A DNA stretch of 54,279 nt from a virus (taxonomy: Duplodnaviria; Heunggongvirae; Uroviricota; Caudoviricetes): positions 118,680-172,958 of IMG/VR virus record IMGVR_UViG_3300037466_003757, one strand, 5' to 3'. Below the pieces are notes generated by a model, which ran no database searches, was not told the origin of the DNA, and saw nothing but the letters and a program-made list of their open reading frames with translations. Of the stretch, positions 21,575 through 30,941 are shown one piece after another. The position numbers and the translations under genes were made by a program. How positions within the stretch are numbered: the first letter of the stretch is position 1; each line of letters starts with the position of its first letter.

Positions 21575-22261
21575 ATGCCACTGCAGAGTTGGAATCAGCT
21601 GGTTCAAGAAGCTGGCGATATCAGCGGTGATTTCGAGGTTCTGCCTGCGGCAGATTACGATCTCGAAGTCGTCAAGGCCGAGCCAAAGCAAGCCCGTTCC
21701 GGCAAGCTGATGTACTCGTGCATGTACAAGGTCATCTCGGGTCCGTCCAAGGGACGGACGTTGTTCGATCAGCTTGTTCTGACGACTGACAACCCGAACG
21801 CGTTGCGTATGTTCTTCGTCAAGATGGCGGCAATCGGTATCGACAAAGGTTTCTTCGCTCAGAATCCGAGCGATCAGCAGGTCGCCGAGCAGCTCGTCGG
21901 CAAGCAGTTCCGCGCACAGGTCGGTATTCGTAAGTACAACGGCGAGGACAAGAACGAGGTCAAATCCTACTCTCGTCTGAACCGGACGCCCACAAGCGGA
22001 CCGCAGGGCATGCCCGCGCCGATCGTTGCGTCACCGTCGCCGCTGTCTTCGCCGCCCGTCAAGTCGTCGCCGGCTCCGTCGCCCGCTCCGGTGAGCGCAC
22101 CTCCCGCCGCTGCTGCGACTCCGGCACAGACTGCAGCTCCCGCTGCGCCCGCTGCAGAGCCGATCAAACAGGCGGACGTTCCGCCGATCAACGAGCCGGT
22201 CAAGACGCCCGACGCCCAGCCGGTATCTGTCGCTCCGGCTGCTCCGGACGATCCGTTCTGA
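21575..22261 (+). CDS. DUF669-like ssDNA-binding protein
   Basis: FEVLPAADY, KAEPK..SGK.M, GRTLFDQL, QLVGK, NEVK; Pro/Ala-rich tail ending DDPF. Confidence 0.75.
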   Translation: MPLQSWNQLVQEAGDISGDFEVLPAADYDLEVVKAEPKQARSGKLMYSCMYKVISGPSKGRTLFDQLVLTTDNPNALRMFFVKMAAIGIDKGFFAQNPSDQQVAEQLVGKQFRAQVGIRKYNGEDKNEVKSYSRLNRTPTSGPQGMPAPIVASPSPLSSPPVKSSPAPSPAPVSAPPAAAATPAQTAAPAAPAAEPIKQADVPPINEPVKTPDAQPVSVAPAAPDDPF

Positions 22262-22284
22262 TTTAGCGACTGGGAGCGAAGTTC

Positions 22285-22294
22285 CTGATATGAT
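22285..22294 (+). promoter_or_regulatory. Extended -10 promoter (CTGATATGAT)
   Basis: TG-A-TATGAT; predicted start near 22301, the first base of the tRNA-like stem. Confidence 0.55.
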
Positions 22295-22300
22295 CTTGGT

Positions 22301-22354
22301 GGCCTCCGCAGAACACGGGGACTCAGCCCGTTCGAGCCGGGCCGGAGGCCACCT
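22301..22354 (+). ncRNA. tRNA-like RNA (acceptor stem plus T-arm, no anticodon arm), candidate sRNA or leader
   Basis: GGCCTCCG/CGGAGGCC stem, T-arm GCCCG-TTCGAGC-CGGGC, 3' ACC. Confidence 0.45.
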
Positions 22355-22413
22355 TTCGCTGGGACTTCTATCGTTATTGGCGTGCACGCGCTATTCGACT
22401 GAGATACGACAGG

Positions 22414-23493
22414 ATGAATCACACAGTGGCCCCACGAGCGATCGTGTCCGGATTCACTGCCGAACAGACAAACGGCAGTCCTAGAACCGGATATCCCGCA
22501 TTGTCGCCAGGTATCAAACTGGCGTTGGAAACAATGGGATACGAAACACGAATGGCACCGATGCGCGTCGATACGGTAGACGAATGGCTATCGGAATCAG
22601 ACGTTCTCGTCATGGGAATTTCTCCGATTATCGCCGTCGGGTCACGATATTTATATGGAGCCCTCGAAGCTATCCGGAAAGCGCGCCGTCACAACTGCGC
22701 GCTTGTGTTTTATATTTCGGATTGGCAGGTACCGCTTCTCACGTCGTCTGTCACGACAATTCTCAATGGACCGCACCGTCTGACTAAATATTTCATGCGT
22801 CATCGGACAGACTTCTTCTGGGCGAATCATCACGTTGATGAACTTCTCACCGTCGTACAGGCGTTGAAGGATCGTCCGTGGCCCGGTACGCTCATTCCGT
22901 CGCATCCGTGGCGTAACGATATGCCGAAAATCAGCAGATACGTTCCGGCGCGGCGACTGTATTTCTTCGATCCGACAATCGTAACGTCCGGTCAATGGGC
23001 GCCGCATTCTGTGCAGGCGACTCCGGACGAACGCAAGCGTGAATGGGTCATGGCAGCTCTCGGCGACTACGACGCATGGTTGCAGCAACAATGCGTGACA
23101 TGGCCTGTTCGGTCGTTCGGCGGTAAAACGAACTTGATCGATGAGAACGGCAACAAAATCGTCAATCCACGCGTTCAAGAACCTGTCATTCACGAGAACT
23201 ACGCGCAAGTGTGGGGTGGTCTCGGTCCGAAACACGGCGCGGACGGTATGGGATGGTGGCGCAGTCGCTGGGACTTCATCCTGAAGAACGGCGGAATTAT
23301 CTTCGGCAGCAACGAAGAGATGTCGCTGATGGGTGGTCCGTTCGTCAATCGGTTATCCGATATCGAATCGATGACGACACCGCAATTGGTCGAACTGCAG
23401 AACGCTCAGCGTGCGGCCCATCGCGTCGAAACGATGGAACAAGTCACCGAAACGTTCCGGCAAGCCATCGCGGACGCGAGGGCAGAACTGTGA
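22414..23493 (+). CDS. DNA beta-glucosyltransferase-like (GT-B) glycosyltransferase 1
   Basis: N-terminal strand-helix (AIVSG...LALETMGYE), DVLVMG, LVFYISD resembling the T4 BGT YLFTD strand; paralogous to 23684. Confidence 0.6.
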   Translation: MNHTVAPRAIVSGFTAEQTNGSPRTGYPALSPGIKLALETMGYETRMAPMRVDTVDEWLSESDVLVMGISPIIAVGSRYLYGALEAIRKARRHNCALVFYISDWQVPLLTSSVTTILNGPHRLTKYFMRHRTDFFWANHHVDELLTVVQALKDRPWPGTLIPSHPWRNDMPKISRYVPARRLYFFDPTIVTSGQWAPHSVQATPDERKREWVMAALGDYDAWLQQQCVTWPVRSFGGKTNLIDENGNKIVNPRVQEPVIHENYAQVWGGLGPKHGADGMGWWRSRWDFILKNGGIIFGSNEEMSLMGGPFVNRLSDIESMTTPQLVELQNAQRAAHRVETMEQVTETFRQAIADARAEL

Positions 23494-23687
23494 AGAACGC
23501 TATCGGGTTATGGATTTGTGCGCTTGGATTTCACAAAAAGTCTGAATGGTCCGACTTCGGAGAATTGACGACGACAAAATCAGAAGACTGCGATGACGAT
23601 ATCTTTCACGAATTCTCCGTAATACAGAAACAATGCCCGCGCTGCGGAATGGAGAAGACTCGTTTGGAATGGAGGCGAGTATATTGA
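23490..23687 (+). CDS. Small Cys/His protein (DUF1660-like)
   Basis: LWICALGFHK...CPRCG; 4-bp overlaps at both ends. Confidence 0.6.
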   Translation: MKNAIGLWICALGFHKKSEWSDFGELTTTKSEDCDDDIFHEFSVIQKQCPRCGMEKTRLEWRRVY

Positions 23688-24688
23688 AAATATTGCTCAC
23701 CGGTGGCACATCGTCGCAGACTCACGAAACGACCAAACGTCAACCAGAGACGCTGGTTGGTCTCATGGCACGCGCACTACGCGATCGTGGACACGAGGTT
23801 TACACTCGTGCATTCTCAGTTCGTGATATCGAAACTGACGACACGGGATGGGATAACGCATTCGATTTCGCGTTCGTCGGACAATCGCCATTACGAGGAC
23901 TCGGATCATCGTACTGCTACGGCGCTCTCGCCGCGCAGCATCGTTTCCGCGGTAAATGTGCGATTTTCACAGACGACACGGACACGAAGAAAATGCGCGC
24001 CGAATGGTTGATGGCGCTCAAGAAACCCGCTGATTTCGTCAAACCGTTCTGGCATTACAAGCGTGACTGGGAAACTGCACGATCGCGCGCCGTGCTTCCG
24101 CGACTTCTCGAGCAGATCGAGTGGTTGATCGGCGACGATGCATCCACATACCCGCAGACATTCGTACCGGGTTGGACGTATAACTTGGCGTTTCGTTCGG
24201 GCGTCCAGTTATCGCCACACGCGCGTTTGAGCGTTCGCGCGGCCGATCCATCGAAATGGACGCAGGCGACCGTGACACGTACAATCCCAGACGAGAACGA
24301 ACGTTATTGGGCGTCGTGTTGGCGCGCGAACGCGCGTGAAGTACAAAAAATGGGAATGCAAAGCTGGGCGTTCCAGGAGATCAATCGTCTCACCTGGAAA
24401 GAACTGGGATCCGCTTCCGGACTTCTCGCTCCGTCTGCTGCATGGTCACCAGAAGTTCGTCTCGCCGTCGAATCAGGAGTTCCCGTCGCGACCGAATGGC
24501 GCGTGATGGGCCCTCAATTCGGTGAGCCGTTCGAGTCACTGGCCGCCAATATGGAAGAAATGAAACAGAATGAGCTTGACGATCTCGCCGCGCAACAAAA
24601 AGCGGCGTTGACCGATAAGGGATTCGAGAAAGACGAATTCCCGAACGTACTCGAAGACATGATCAACAAGACTCTGGAGGCGCAGTGA
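23684..24688 (+). CDS. DNA beta-glucosyltransferase-like glycosyltransferase 2
   Basis: TTG start after GGAGG; KILLTG...ALRDRGHEV, FDFAFVG, CAIFTDD; shares SxYxYGAL with 22414. Confidence 0.6.
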   Translation: MKILLTGGTSSQTHETTKRQPETLVGLMARALRDRGHEVYTRAFSVRDIETDDTGWDNAFDFAFVGQSPLRGLGSSYCYGALAAQHRFRGKCAIFTDDTDTKKMRAEWLMALKKPADFVKPFWHYKRDWETARSRAVLPRLLEQIEWLIGDDASTYPQTFVPGWTYNLAFRSGVQLSPHARLSVRAADPSKWTQATVTRTIPDENERYWASCWRANAREVQKMGMQSWAFQEINRLTWKELGSASGLLAPSAAWSPEVRLAVESGVPVATEWRVMGPQFGEPFESLAANMEEMKQNELDDLAAQQKAALTDKGFEKDEFPNVLEDMINKTLEAQ

Positions 24689-25236
24689 CCGACGATTGGA
24701 AGTGGCTGGAATCCACCCGTCAGCTTCAGATCGAAGCTTACGGTAAGGATCCAGGCGAACTTGTCGGGGACGAGCGCGGTAATTACTGGACAACCATGAT
24801 GTTCGCGGCTAGTGATGAGATCTCCGAATTCGGTAATGAGATCCACTGGAAGCCGTGGGGGAAAAACCGCGGAGAAATTATCAATAAATCTGCGGCACTT
24901 GGTGAACTTGTCGATGTCCAACATTTTGTTGCAAATTTACTGCTCTCGATTGGCGTCACCGAAGACGAATTCTGGGCTGCGTATCGTGAAAAGCAAGAAC
25001 GTAACAAAGCTCGTCAACAAACCGGCGGTGGCTACGACAGCAAGAAAACGAAATGTCCGAATTGTAAGCGTGAACTCGACAAGCCCGGTTCGTACCGTTC
25101 GCTCAGGGTGAGAGTCGGTACCGGTGCGGGTACTCAGGAAGACGTGGAAAGCGGTATTCTGACGCATTCGTTACAGTGCGTCTCATGTTTCCATCAGTTC
25201 GATTACGAGCTCAAGACGGGAGAAAAACTTCCATGA
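24685..25236 (+). CDS. All-alpha dimeric dCTPase/dUTPase (T4 gp56-like) with C-terminal Zn ribbon
   Basis: DEISEF...WKPW...GELVDVQHF...N.ARQ...GY; CPNC...CVSC. Confidence 0.8.
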   Translation: MTDDWKWLESTRQLQIEAYGKDPGELVGDERGNYWTTMMFAASDEISEFGNEIHWKPWGKNRGEIINKSAALGELVDVQHFVANLLLSIGVTEDEFWAAYREKQERNKARQQTGGGYDSKKTKCPNCKRELDKPGSYRSLRVRVGTGAGTQEDVESGILTHSLQCVSCFHQFDYELKTGEKLP

Positions 25237-26483
25237 GCCCCAAGATCGCGTGTCTTTTGACGTCGCCCAAGTATTTCGGTGGTGCTGAGACAGCACTCAT
25301 GTTTACTGTCGACGGTCTTCGCGAAATCGGATGCGACGTCACGGTTATCGCGTCGTCGGCGACCAATGGTAAGGGCTGGACGCAACAGTCGCTCGACGTC
25401 GTAGATCGGATCACCAGTCCACGGAAAGAATCGCTGGAAGACGTTCTGTCCGCAGAAAACTTTGACGGAATCGTTCTCAGCAACGTATTTTTTCCGGACG
25501 AGTCGATGGCACAAGTCTTCTACGAATCCGACACGATCGCCCCGTGGACGTCGGGATGGCACAACAACATCGTTCTGAACAACATCTCAGTCGACAAGAT
25601 CAAATCGGCGCCGAAGTGGTGCGGTTCGTTCCTGGCGTTCTGGCCGACCGTCAAGGACGCCATCGATATCGATTCGTGGGTCGAGTCCATCTTGCCGTAC
25701 CGGTCAAATCCGGCGTTGACATCGATCAATCGTGACAAACTGTCGCCCGAATACGACTTCGGATTTATCGGGCGCGCCGACCCGAAGAAGGGTGTACTGA
25801 CGTTCGTCGCCGCGATGGAATGGGCATCACGTCATGCGGATGATCAATCGTTCACAGCGTTGATCGCCGGTGCGCCGAGCGACGTTGCGGGTGGTCCTCA
25901 CATTTGGCACATCTCGCGCTTTATGGAGAATCTCGATTGGGAGATCACGCGTCACGGTCCGAAAATGAAAAGCAACTGGACGGCCGTACATCCGAAGACC
26001 GGAAGTCGCGTCGACTACACCGGACCGTACAACTACAGTGACCTTCCGCGACTGTTCTCGAATATCAAATGCGTCGTCAACTTCACGTCCGATCGTTGCG
26101 CGAACTCACATCTCGAATACTCCGCGCTCGAGGCATTGGAAGCCGGATGCGTTTTGTCCGCGCGAGCTGACTGGCCCGATTATCATTATCCGACTGCTCC
26201 CGCTATTTTTGGTACGCCTATAGCCGCGCATCGCGTCATGAGCAAAAATCGAATCATTTACAATTCGTTCAAGCCGGAAAATATCGATACCGTTTACGCA
26301 GAGGCGGGCGCGCATTTTGCCGGACTGGTTCCGAAGATTCGCGCAATTGACGTTCAGGGTTCGTCACGGGACAAGTATCTGCTAAGCGTTGCAAGAAATC
26401 GTCAGGTCGTCGCCGACGCGCACGATCCGAAAATCGCGGCGAAAGCATATTTGACATCGCTCGGTCTTGAATTGAATCAGTAA
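25233..26483 (+). CDS. GT-B glycosyltransferase, T4 alpha-glucosyltransferase-like
   Basis: FGGAET...GLREIGCDV, FGFIGRADPKKG, HLEYSALEALEAGC (EX7E-type). Confidence 0.75.
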   Translation: MSPKIACLLTSPKYFGGAETALMFTVDGLREIGCDVTVIASSATNGKGWTQQSLDVVDRITSPRKESLEDVLSAENFDGIVLSNVFFPDESMAQVFYESDTIAPWTSGWHNNIVLNNISVDKIKSAPKWCGSFLAFWPTVKDAIDIDSWVESILPYRSNPALTSINRDKLSPEYDFGFIGRADPKKGVLTFVAAMEWASRHADDQSFTALIAGAPSDVAGGPHIWHISRFMENLDWEITRHGPKMKSNWTAVHPKTGSRVDYTGPYNYSDLPRLFSNIKCVVNFTSDRCANSHLEYSALEALEAGCVLSARADWPDYHYPTAPAIFGTPIAAHRVMSKNRIIYNSFKPENIDTVYAEAGAHFAGLVPKIRAIDVQGSSRDKYLLSVARNRQVVADAHDPKIAAKAYLTSLGLELNQ

Positions 26484-26484
26484 G

Positions 26485-27051
26485 ATGACCGGATACTGGA
26501 TTTGGGATGAGTCTAAAGAGATTACCGCATACGCTCGTATGAGATTGAATATTGCGTATATCGGTGTCACTTCTAATCCGAATAAACGTTTCCGCGATCA
26601 TCTACGAGATTTTCCGGATAGCGTCATTATTGTTCTCGAAACCGGTATTAAACCAATCAATGCGTGGGATAAAGAACGATATTGGCATACTTTTTTCGAA
26701 GATCTTGATATGATTATTGAGTCACATACTCAATACGATGTATCAGATATAGGCCATAAAGCTCGAAATTACGGTCCGCTTTCTGATGAACAGAAACAGC
26801 AAATTTCTTTGACTCTTAAAGGACGTTCATCGATTTTTAAGGACGTTCCAAAAACCGAAGAGCACAAGAAAAAGCTTTCTGACACCAGTAAACGAAACGA
26901 TTCGGGCAAACGATTTGGCGAGCATAGCAAACGATCGCGGGCTATGTGCATCGAATGCAACTTTGAATCCAATCCAGCAGGAATCGTCAAGCACCAGAAG
27001 AACTCTGGACATAGCGGAATTAGGAAGTGGTTAAATGATCCCGTTTGCTAG
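26485..27051 (+). CDS. GIY-YIG-like homing endonuclease
   Basis: AYIGVTSNPNKRFRDH, KERYW, NUMOD3-like KTEEHKKKLS, C-terminal CxxC...H...H; AT-rich. Confidence 0.75.
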   Translation: MTGYWIWDESKEITAYARMRLNIAYIGVTSNPNKRFRDHLRDFPDSVIIVLETGIKPINAWDKERYWHTFFEDLDMIIESHTQYDVSDIGHKARNYGPLSDEQKQQISLTLKGRSSIFKDVPKTEEHKKKLSDTSKRNDSGKRFGEHSKRSRAMCIECNFESNPAGIVKHQKNSGHSGIRKWLNDPVC

Positions 27052-28333
27052 CGTTCAGGGTTTGGGGGGCGGGATGGAGCTTGGAATCATCCAATCGGGT
27101 AGTTTTGAGCTTGTACATCGTACTGGTGGATTGGATCTCGGCGCGCCACTCGTAGAGCAAAATCGTAAATTATACGGTTGGAATTGGACGTCCAATTTTA
27201 CGAGTAATCAACGAAAATGGCAACAAGTAGACGTTGCGTTTGTATCTAGTAACGCTCCTTGTTCAGCTTTTTCTACATTGACGTCGAAAACTCTTCGCGG
27301 AACATCGGCGAAAGTGTTGCAGTATACAGACGAGGTATTCGACTTCGTCGCGATGCAGAAGAAAACACCGCTGCTCGTCTCGATCGAGTCCGTTCAGCAG
27401 GCGTTCTCGCTCGGTCGTCCATATTTCCAGCAGAAACGTCTCGAGCTCGAAGAGAAGACCGGCAAACAGTGGGATCTCATTTGGGTATTCCAGTCGAATC
27501 AGTCGCTCGGTGGCGCGTCCGTTCGTCGTCGCGTATTCATCACGCTCTCACAGATTCCATTCGGTGTCGAGTACGCGCAGCCCGCTCGTATCGCACGATT
27601 CGGTGACGCGGTTCGCGATCTGCAAGGTCTCGAATTAACCACAACGTTGCAGCCGTACCGTCGCCCGTCAACGTGGTGGTCGACATCTAGACGCGCTGCT
27701 GACGGCGTGGACGGTCATTTCAACGATCCGCGATGGAATAACGAGTTCGCCGAATTAATCGCCATGTCGGACGCTATGGGGCAACGATGGGCCGCTGGGG
27801 AGTCGTTAGAAACAGTGCTTCGGCGAGTGTGGGCGCACTATCAGCGTTTACCGCACGAATGGCAGCGAAACGTTCACAAGCACGAACCGCGCAATTTCGG
27901 TATGGGAATCAATCAGACGTCGTGCTGGGATCCGGACGCTCTTGGACGTGTCGTTACGGGCGCGGGTCCTATGATGTCCGTGCATTGGGCCGAACCACGA
28001 TTGCTGACATATCGTGAAGTCTTTCGTTTGCAGGGATTCCCGGACACGTATCGGCTTTACGGTTCACGTGACTATAAAAAAGCATCAACAGTGGCTGGAA
28101 AGGGAGTTCCAGTCGATGCGGGACGCTGGCTCGGCGAATGGGTGGGCAAAGCGTTCAACGGTGAGCCGGGTACGATTCTCGGTGAGAAAATCGGCGATCG
28201 TGAACGCAAGATCGATCTTACGCACGCGTGGAAGAACACGTACGAGTTCGAAGCACCATGGCGGTACGCGAAACACAGTCTGCACGAACAAATCGGTAAT
28301 CCGGATTGGGATCACATGCAGCATACGGCATAG
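27035..28333 (+). CDS. Divergent C5-cytosine DNA methyltransferase-fold enzyme
   Basis: Motif I QGLGGG, IV NAPC, VI IESV, VIII RRRVFI, IX LTYREVFRLQGFPD, X AGKGVPV. Confidence 0.85.
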   Translation: MIPFASVQGLGGGMELGIIQSGSFELVHRTGGLDLGAPLVEQNRKLYGWNWTSNFTSNQRKWQQVDVAFVSSNAPCSAFSTLTSKTLRGTSAKVLQYTDEVFDFVAMQKKTPLLVSIESVQQAFSLGRPYFQQKRLELEEKTGKQWDLIWVFQSNQSLGGASVRRRVFITLSQIPFGVEYAQPARIARFGDAVRDLQGLELTTTLQPYRRPSTWWSTSRRAADGVDGHFNDPRWNNEFAELIAMSDAMGQRWAAGESLETVLRRVWAHYQRLPHEWQRNVHKHEPRNFGMGINQTSCWDPDALGRVVTGAGPMMSVHWAEPRLLTYREVFRLQGFPDTYRLYGSRDYKKASTVAGKGVPVDAGRWLGEWVGKAFNGEPGTILGEKIGDRERKIDLTHAWKNTYEFEAPWRYAKHSLHEQIGNPDWDHMQHTA

Positions 28334-28360
28334 CATCGCTCAACAAAAGGAAGTGACAAT

Positions 28361-28693
28361 ATGACAACGATTGAGACGATCCAGAATTCCGAACTTGCTC
28401 GTGCGTTCGCTGACACGTTTGGCAATGCCGAGTTGACCGCGCTGTACAAGTGTGGAGAACATCGTGTCGACAAGACCGAGACCGACGATGCGTTTCTCGA
28501 CGCGTTATATGTCGCAATCGCATACCAGTGCTTGACGACGTTTCACGATTCTCACGGATTTGTGGCGACGTCGAGCGACATCACCTCGTGGATACGAAAC
28601 AACGTCGATATCGCGTTATTCGATCGCTATAGAGACAAAGACGATATGCGGAAAGTCTTTTCGAAGTTGTTCGACGCGCTGTATGCAAGCTGA
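28361..28693 (+). CDS. Hypothetical protein
   Basis: AAAGGAAG RBS, 110 aa. Confidence 0.65.
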   Translation: MTTIETIQNSELARAFADTFGNAELTALYKCGEHRVDKTETDDAFLDALYVAIAYQCLTTFHDSHGFVATSSDITSWIRNNVDIALFDRYRDKDDMRKVFSKLFDALYAS

Positions 28694-28705
28694 CTGGAGC
28701 GATAG

Positions 28706-29269
28706 TTGTCAACGGGATCGAAAGACCCCGACTTCACGAGAGCTGTATGCAGGACGTCTTCTAAGCCGTACTGGGATCTAGAAGTCGAGGGCGAAAAAAA
28801 GCACCAACGAGTTCATCGTCATCTTCGAGCTAAAATGTTGTGCGAGACGTGTCCTATTCTCGTAGAATGTAGAATATGGGCGGACGAAAACTCGTCGGAA
28901 GCGGAACGTCTCGACGGTATCTGGGGCGCCAAGGTCCGCGCGCCCGACGATTTCAAATATCCTCGTTGCAAACGATGCGATCGGCCGTTGGCCGTAACGA
29001 TGACGGCCGTCGCACATCTTTTGTTCGGATACGCATTACCGCATCCGTACGATCTGACGGTCTGCGTCGAATGCGGAGAATTTCTCGGATATGGCACGAT
29101 CGCTGACGAGCAAAGGATCGACGGCGTCAAGCAAATCGTCGCCGATCCCGGTCGATACGTACTTACCAGCACCATCGTTGTGCTCGAAGAACCGCGATTT
29201 CCGAAACGTCGGCACCCGCAACAGGGTCGTTACACGCATCTAGAGACGAACGAAGACGACGTTTACTGA
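28706..29269 (+). CDS. whiB: WhiB-family transcription factor with C-terminal Cys extension
   Basis: AVC...AKMLCETCPILVEC...GIWGA; additional CKRC and CVEC. Confidence 0.75.
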   Translation: MSTGSKDPDFTRAVCRTSSKPYWDLEVEGEKKHQRVHRHLRAKMLCETCPILVECRIWADENSSEAERLDGIWGAKVRAPDDFKYPRCKRCDRPLAVTMTAVAHLLFGYALPHPYDLTVCVECGEFLGYGTIADEQRIDGVKQIVADPGRYVLTSTIVVLEEPRFPKRRHPQQGRYTHLETNEDDVY

Positions 29270-29298
29270 TTTACTAACTCCGTAGTATGTGATATAGT
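29270..29298 (+). promoter_or_regulatory. SigA-type promoter TTTACT-17-TATAGT with TG extension
   Basis: -35 at 29270-29275, -10 at 29293-29298; drives the MoxR-VWA operon. Confidence 0.7.
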
Positions 29299-29343
29299 TG
29301 TTCTTGAAGACAGCGAAATCGAGACCGACGGAGACACGTACGA

Positions 29344-30933
29344 ATGACAGCTCCCGATCCCGAAGTGGTGGGCGAAGAGCGAGTACCATCGCTCGACGAG
29401 CTCAGCACCAAGATCAAACCGATCGCCTTCGAACCCGAACCGGACCCGCCGACAGCGGAACCGATATCCGACTTCGAACGAGCGCGACTCGATCCCTTAC
29501 GTCGCCGTCGCCATCGTAGTGTGGCGGACGCGTCGACCACGCTTCCACCGGTACCACCGACCTCTTCTGCGGCGTCTGCTTCGACTAGTATCGTGATACC
29601 GATACCGGAGTCCGTCGCTAGTCACATAAATCGTGATTGGTACACGCCTTTATCGAAAACGGAACGTGAAAACGTTCTCGGTACCGAACTGATAGACGAT
29701 ACAATGGTCTCCGGTTCTCCTACGGTCACGTTTACGGCTGATTCGGTGTCCATCAACATGACGGAACCGAATCGCGGTGATATCGTCGTAATGAACGACG
29801 GAACTTCGATCACCAAGATGACCACCGTATATGCCACGATTGCGCACAATTTGCAGATGGTGCGTGCACGTGATCCGAAGAAAGAATTTCTTGCCGGCAC
29901 GCCTGTCGATGCGATTTTAGGTTGCGTCACCGACAGTTGCAAATACGATTCCAATCTCGACTACGCACGCTATCTGTTCGCTGCGTACACCGGTTCGATC
30001 TTTGCCGAGAACGAGCACAAACCGCAGTTCGTACCGGAATCTCCGGAGAAATACACCGCCGTCAAAATCCAGAAGAAGACAAACGGAGATTCAGTGTCGA
30101 CCACGTCCGAAAACTCAGGTGCGCCGATCACTCGTCCGAACGGTGAAATCTATCATCCACGACGGATTCCGGTGACATCTTCGGACGTCGACAAACGCGG
30201 TATGTACGATGTTCATTTCGTCCGACTGGCGCGTGAGAACGGAATGAGCGTTCTTGCGTTCGGCGATCCCGGTACCGGTAAGACAGCGTTGTTCGAAGCT
30301 GCGTTCTCCGATATCATTACGTTGAGCGGTAACAGTGACATCGAAGCGTCCGATTTTTTTGGATCCTACGTACCGGACGGAGACAATGGATTCGTTTGGC
30401 GTGACGGACCGCTTCTCACCGCGGCGAAGGAGGGACGACCGTTTGTTATCGAAGAGATCAATCTGATCGATTCGCGTGTTCTCGCACTTGTCTATCCAGC
30501 GATGGACGGTCGTGGTGAGGTCGAAGTCACGATCAATCCGACGATCGGAACCGTGAAGGTCGCGGACGGATTCTACGTCGTCGCAACCTGCAATCCGGAT
30601 GCGCCCGGTTCGATCATGTCTGACGCGATGATGTCGCGTTTCGCGATTCATCTCGAAGTCACCACCGATTACGAACTGATGCGTATTCTCGGCGTACCGA
30701 ACAGTATCGTCACCGCGGCGCAGAATCTCGATACAAAGCGTCAAAACGGTGAAGTCATGCGGTCGCCTCAAGCTCGTGAGCTTATCGCATATCGCAATAT
30801 CAATAGCGTATTCGGTCAACGTGCTGCGTTGGCCAATCTGATCTCGCAGGCTCATCCCGGCGATCGTGACGAATATTCTCGAGTTCTCAAGACCACGTTC
30901 GGTCAACAGAGCGTCACTTCGCTTCGAGTCTGA
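29344..30933 (+). CDS. MoxR/CbbQ-type AAA+ ATPase with long N-terminal extension
   Basis: FGDPGTGKT, FVWRDGPL, IEEIN, VVATCNP, MSRF. Confidence 0.85.
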   Translation: MTAPDPEVVGEERVPSLDELSTKIKPIAFEPEPDPPTAEPISDFERARLDPLRRRRHRSVADASTTLPPVPPTSSAASASTSIVIPIPESVASHINRDWYTPLSKTERENVLGTELIDDTMVSGSPTVTFTADSVSINMTEPNRGDIVVMNDGTSITKMTTVYATIAHNLQMVRARDPKKEFLAGTPVDAILGCVTDSCKYDSNLDYARYLFAAYTGSIFAENEHKPQFVPESPEKYTAVKIQKKTNGDSVSTTSENSGAPITRPNGEIYHPRRIPVTSSDVDKRGMYDVHFVRLARENGMSVLAFGDPGTGKTALFEAAFSDIITLSGNSDIEASDFFGSYVPDGDNGFVWRDGPLLTAAKEGRPFVIEEINLIDSRVLALVYPAMDGRGEVEVTINPTIGTVKVADGFYVVATCNPDAPGSIMSDAMMSRFAIHLEVTTDYELMRILGVPNSIVTAAQNLDTKRQNGEVMRSPQARELIAYRNINSVFGQRAALANLISQAHPGDRDEYSRVLKTTFGQQSVTSLRV

Positions 30934-30941
30934 ACGGAAAG

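Noticed and set aside
22301-22354. Element as a UGA-suppressor or selenocysteine tRNA (8+5 stem, TCA in the connector)
   Set aside because: There is no D stem or anticodon stem-loop, and the TCA is not in a 7-nt loop.
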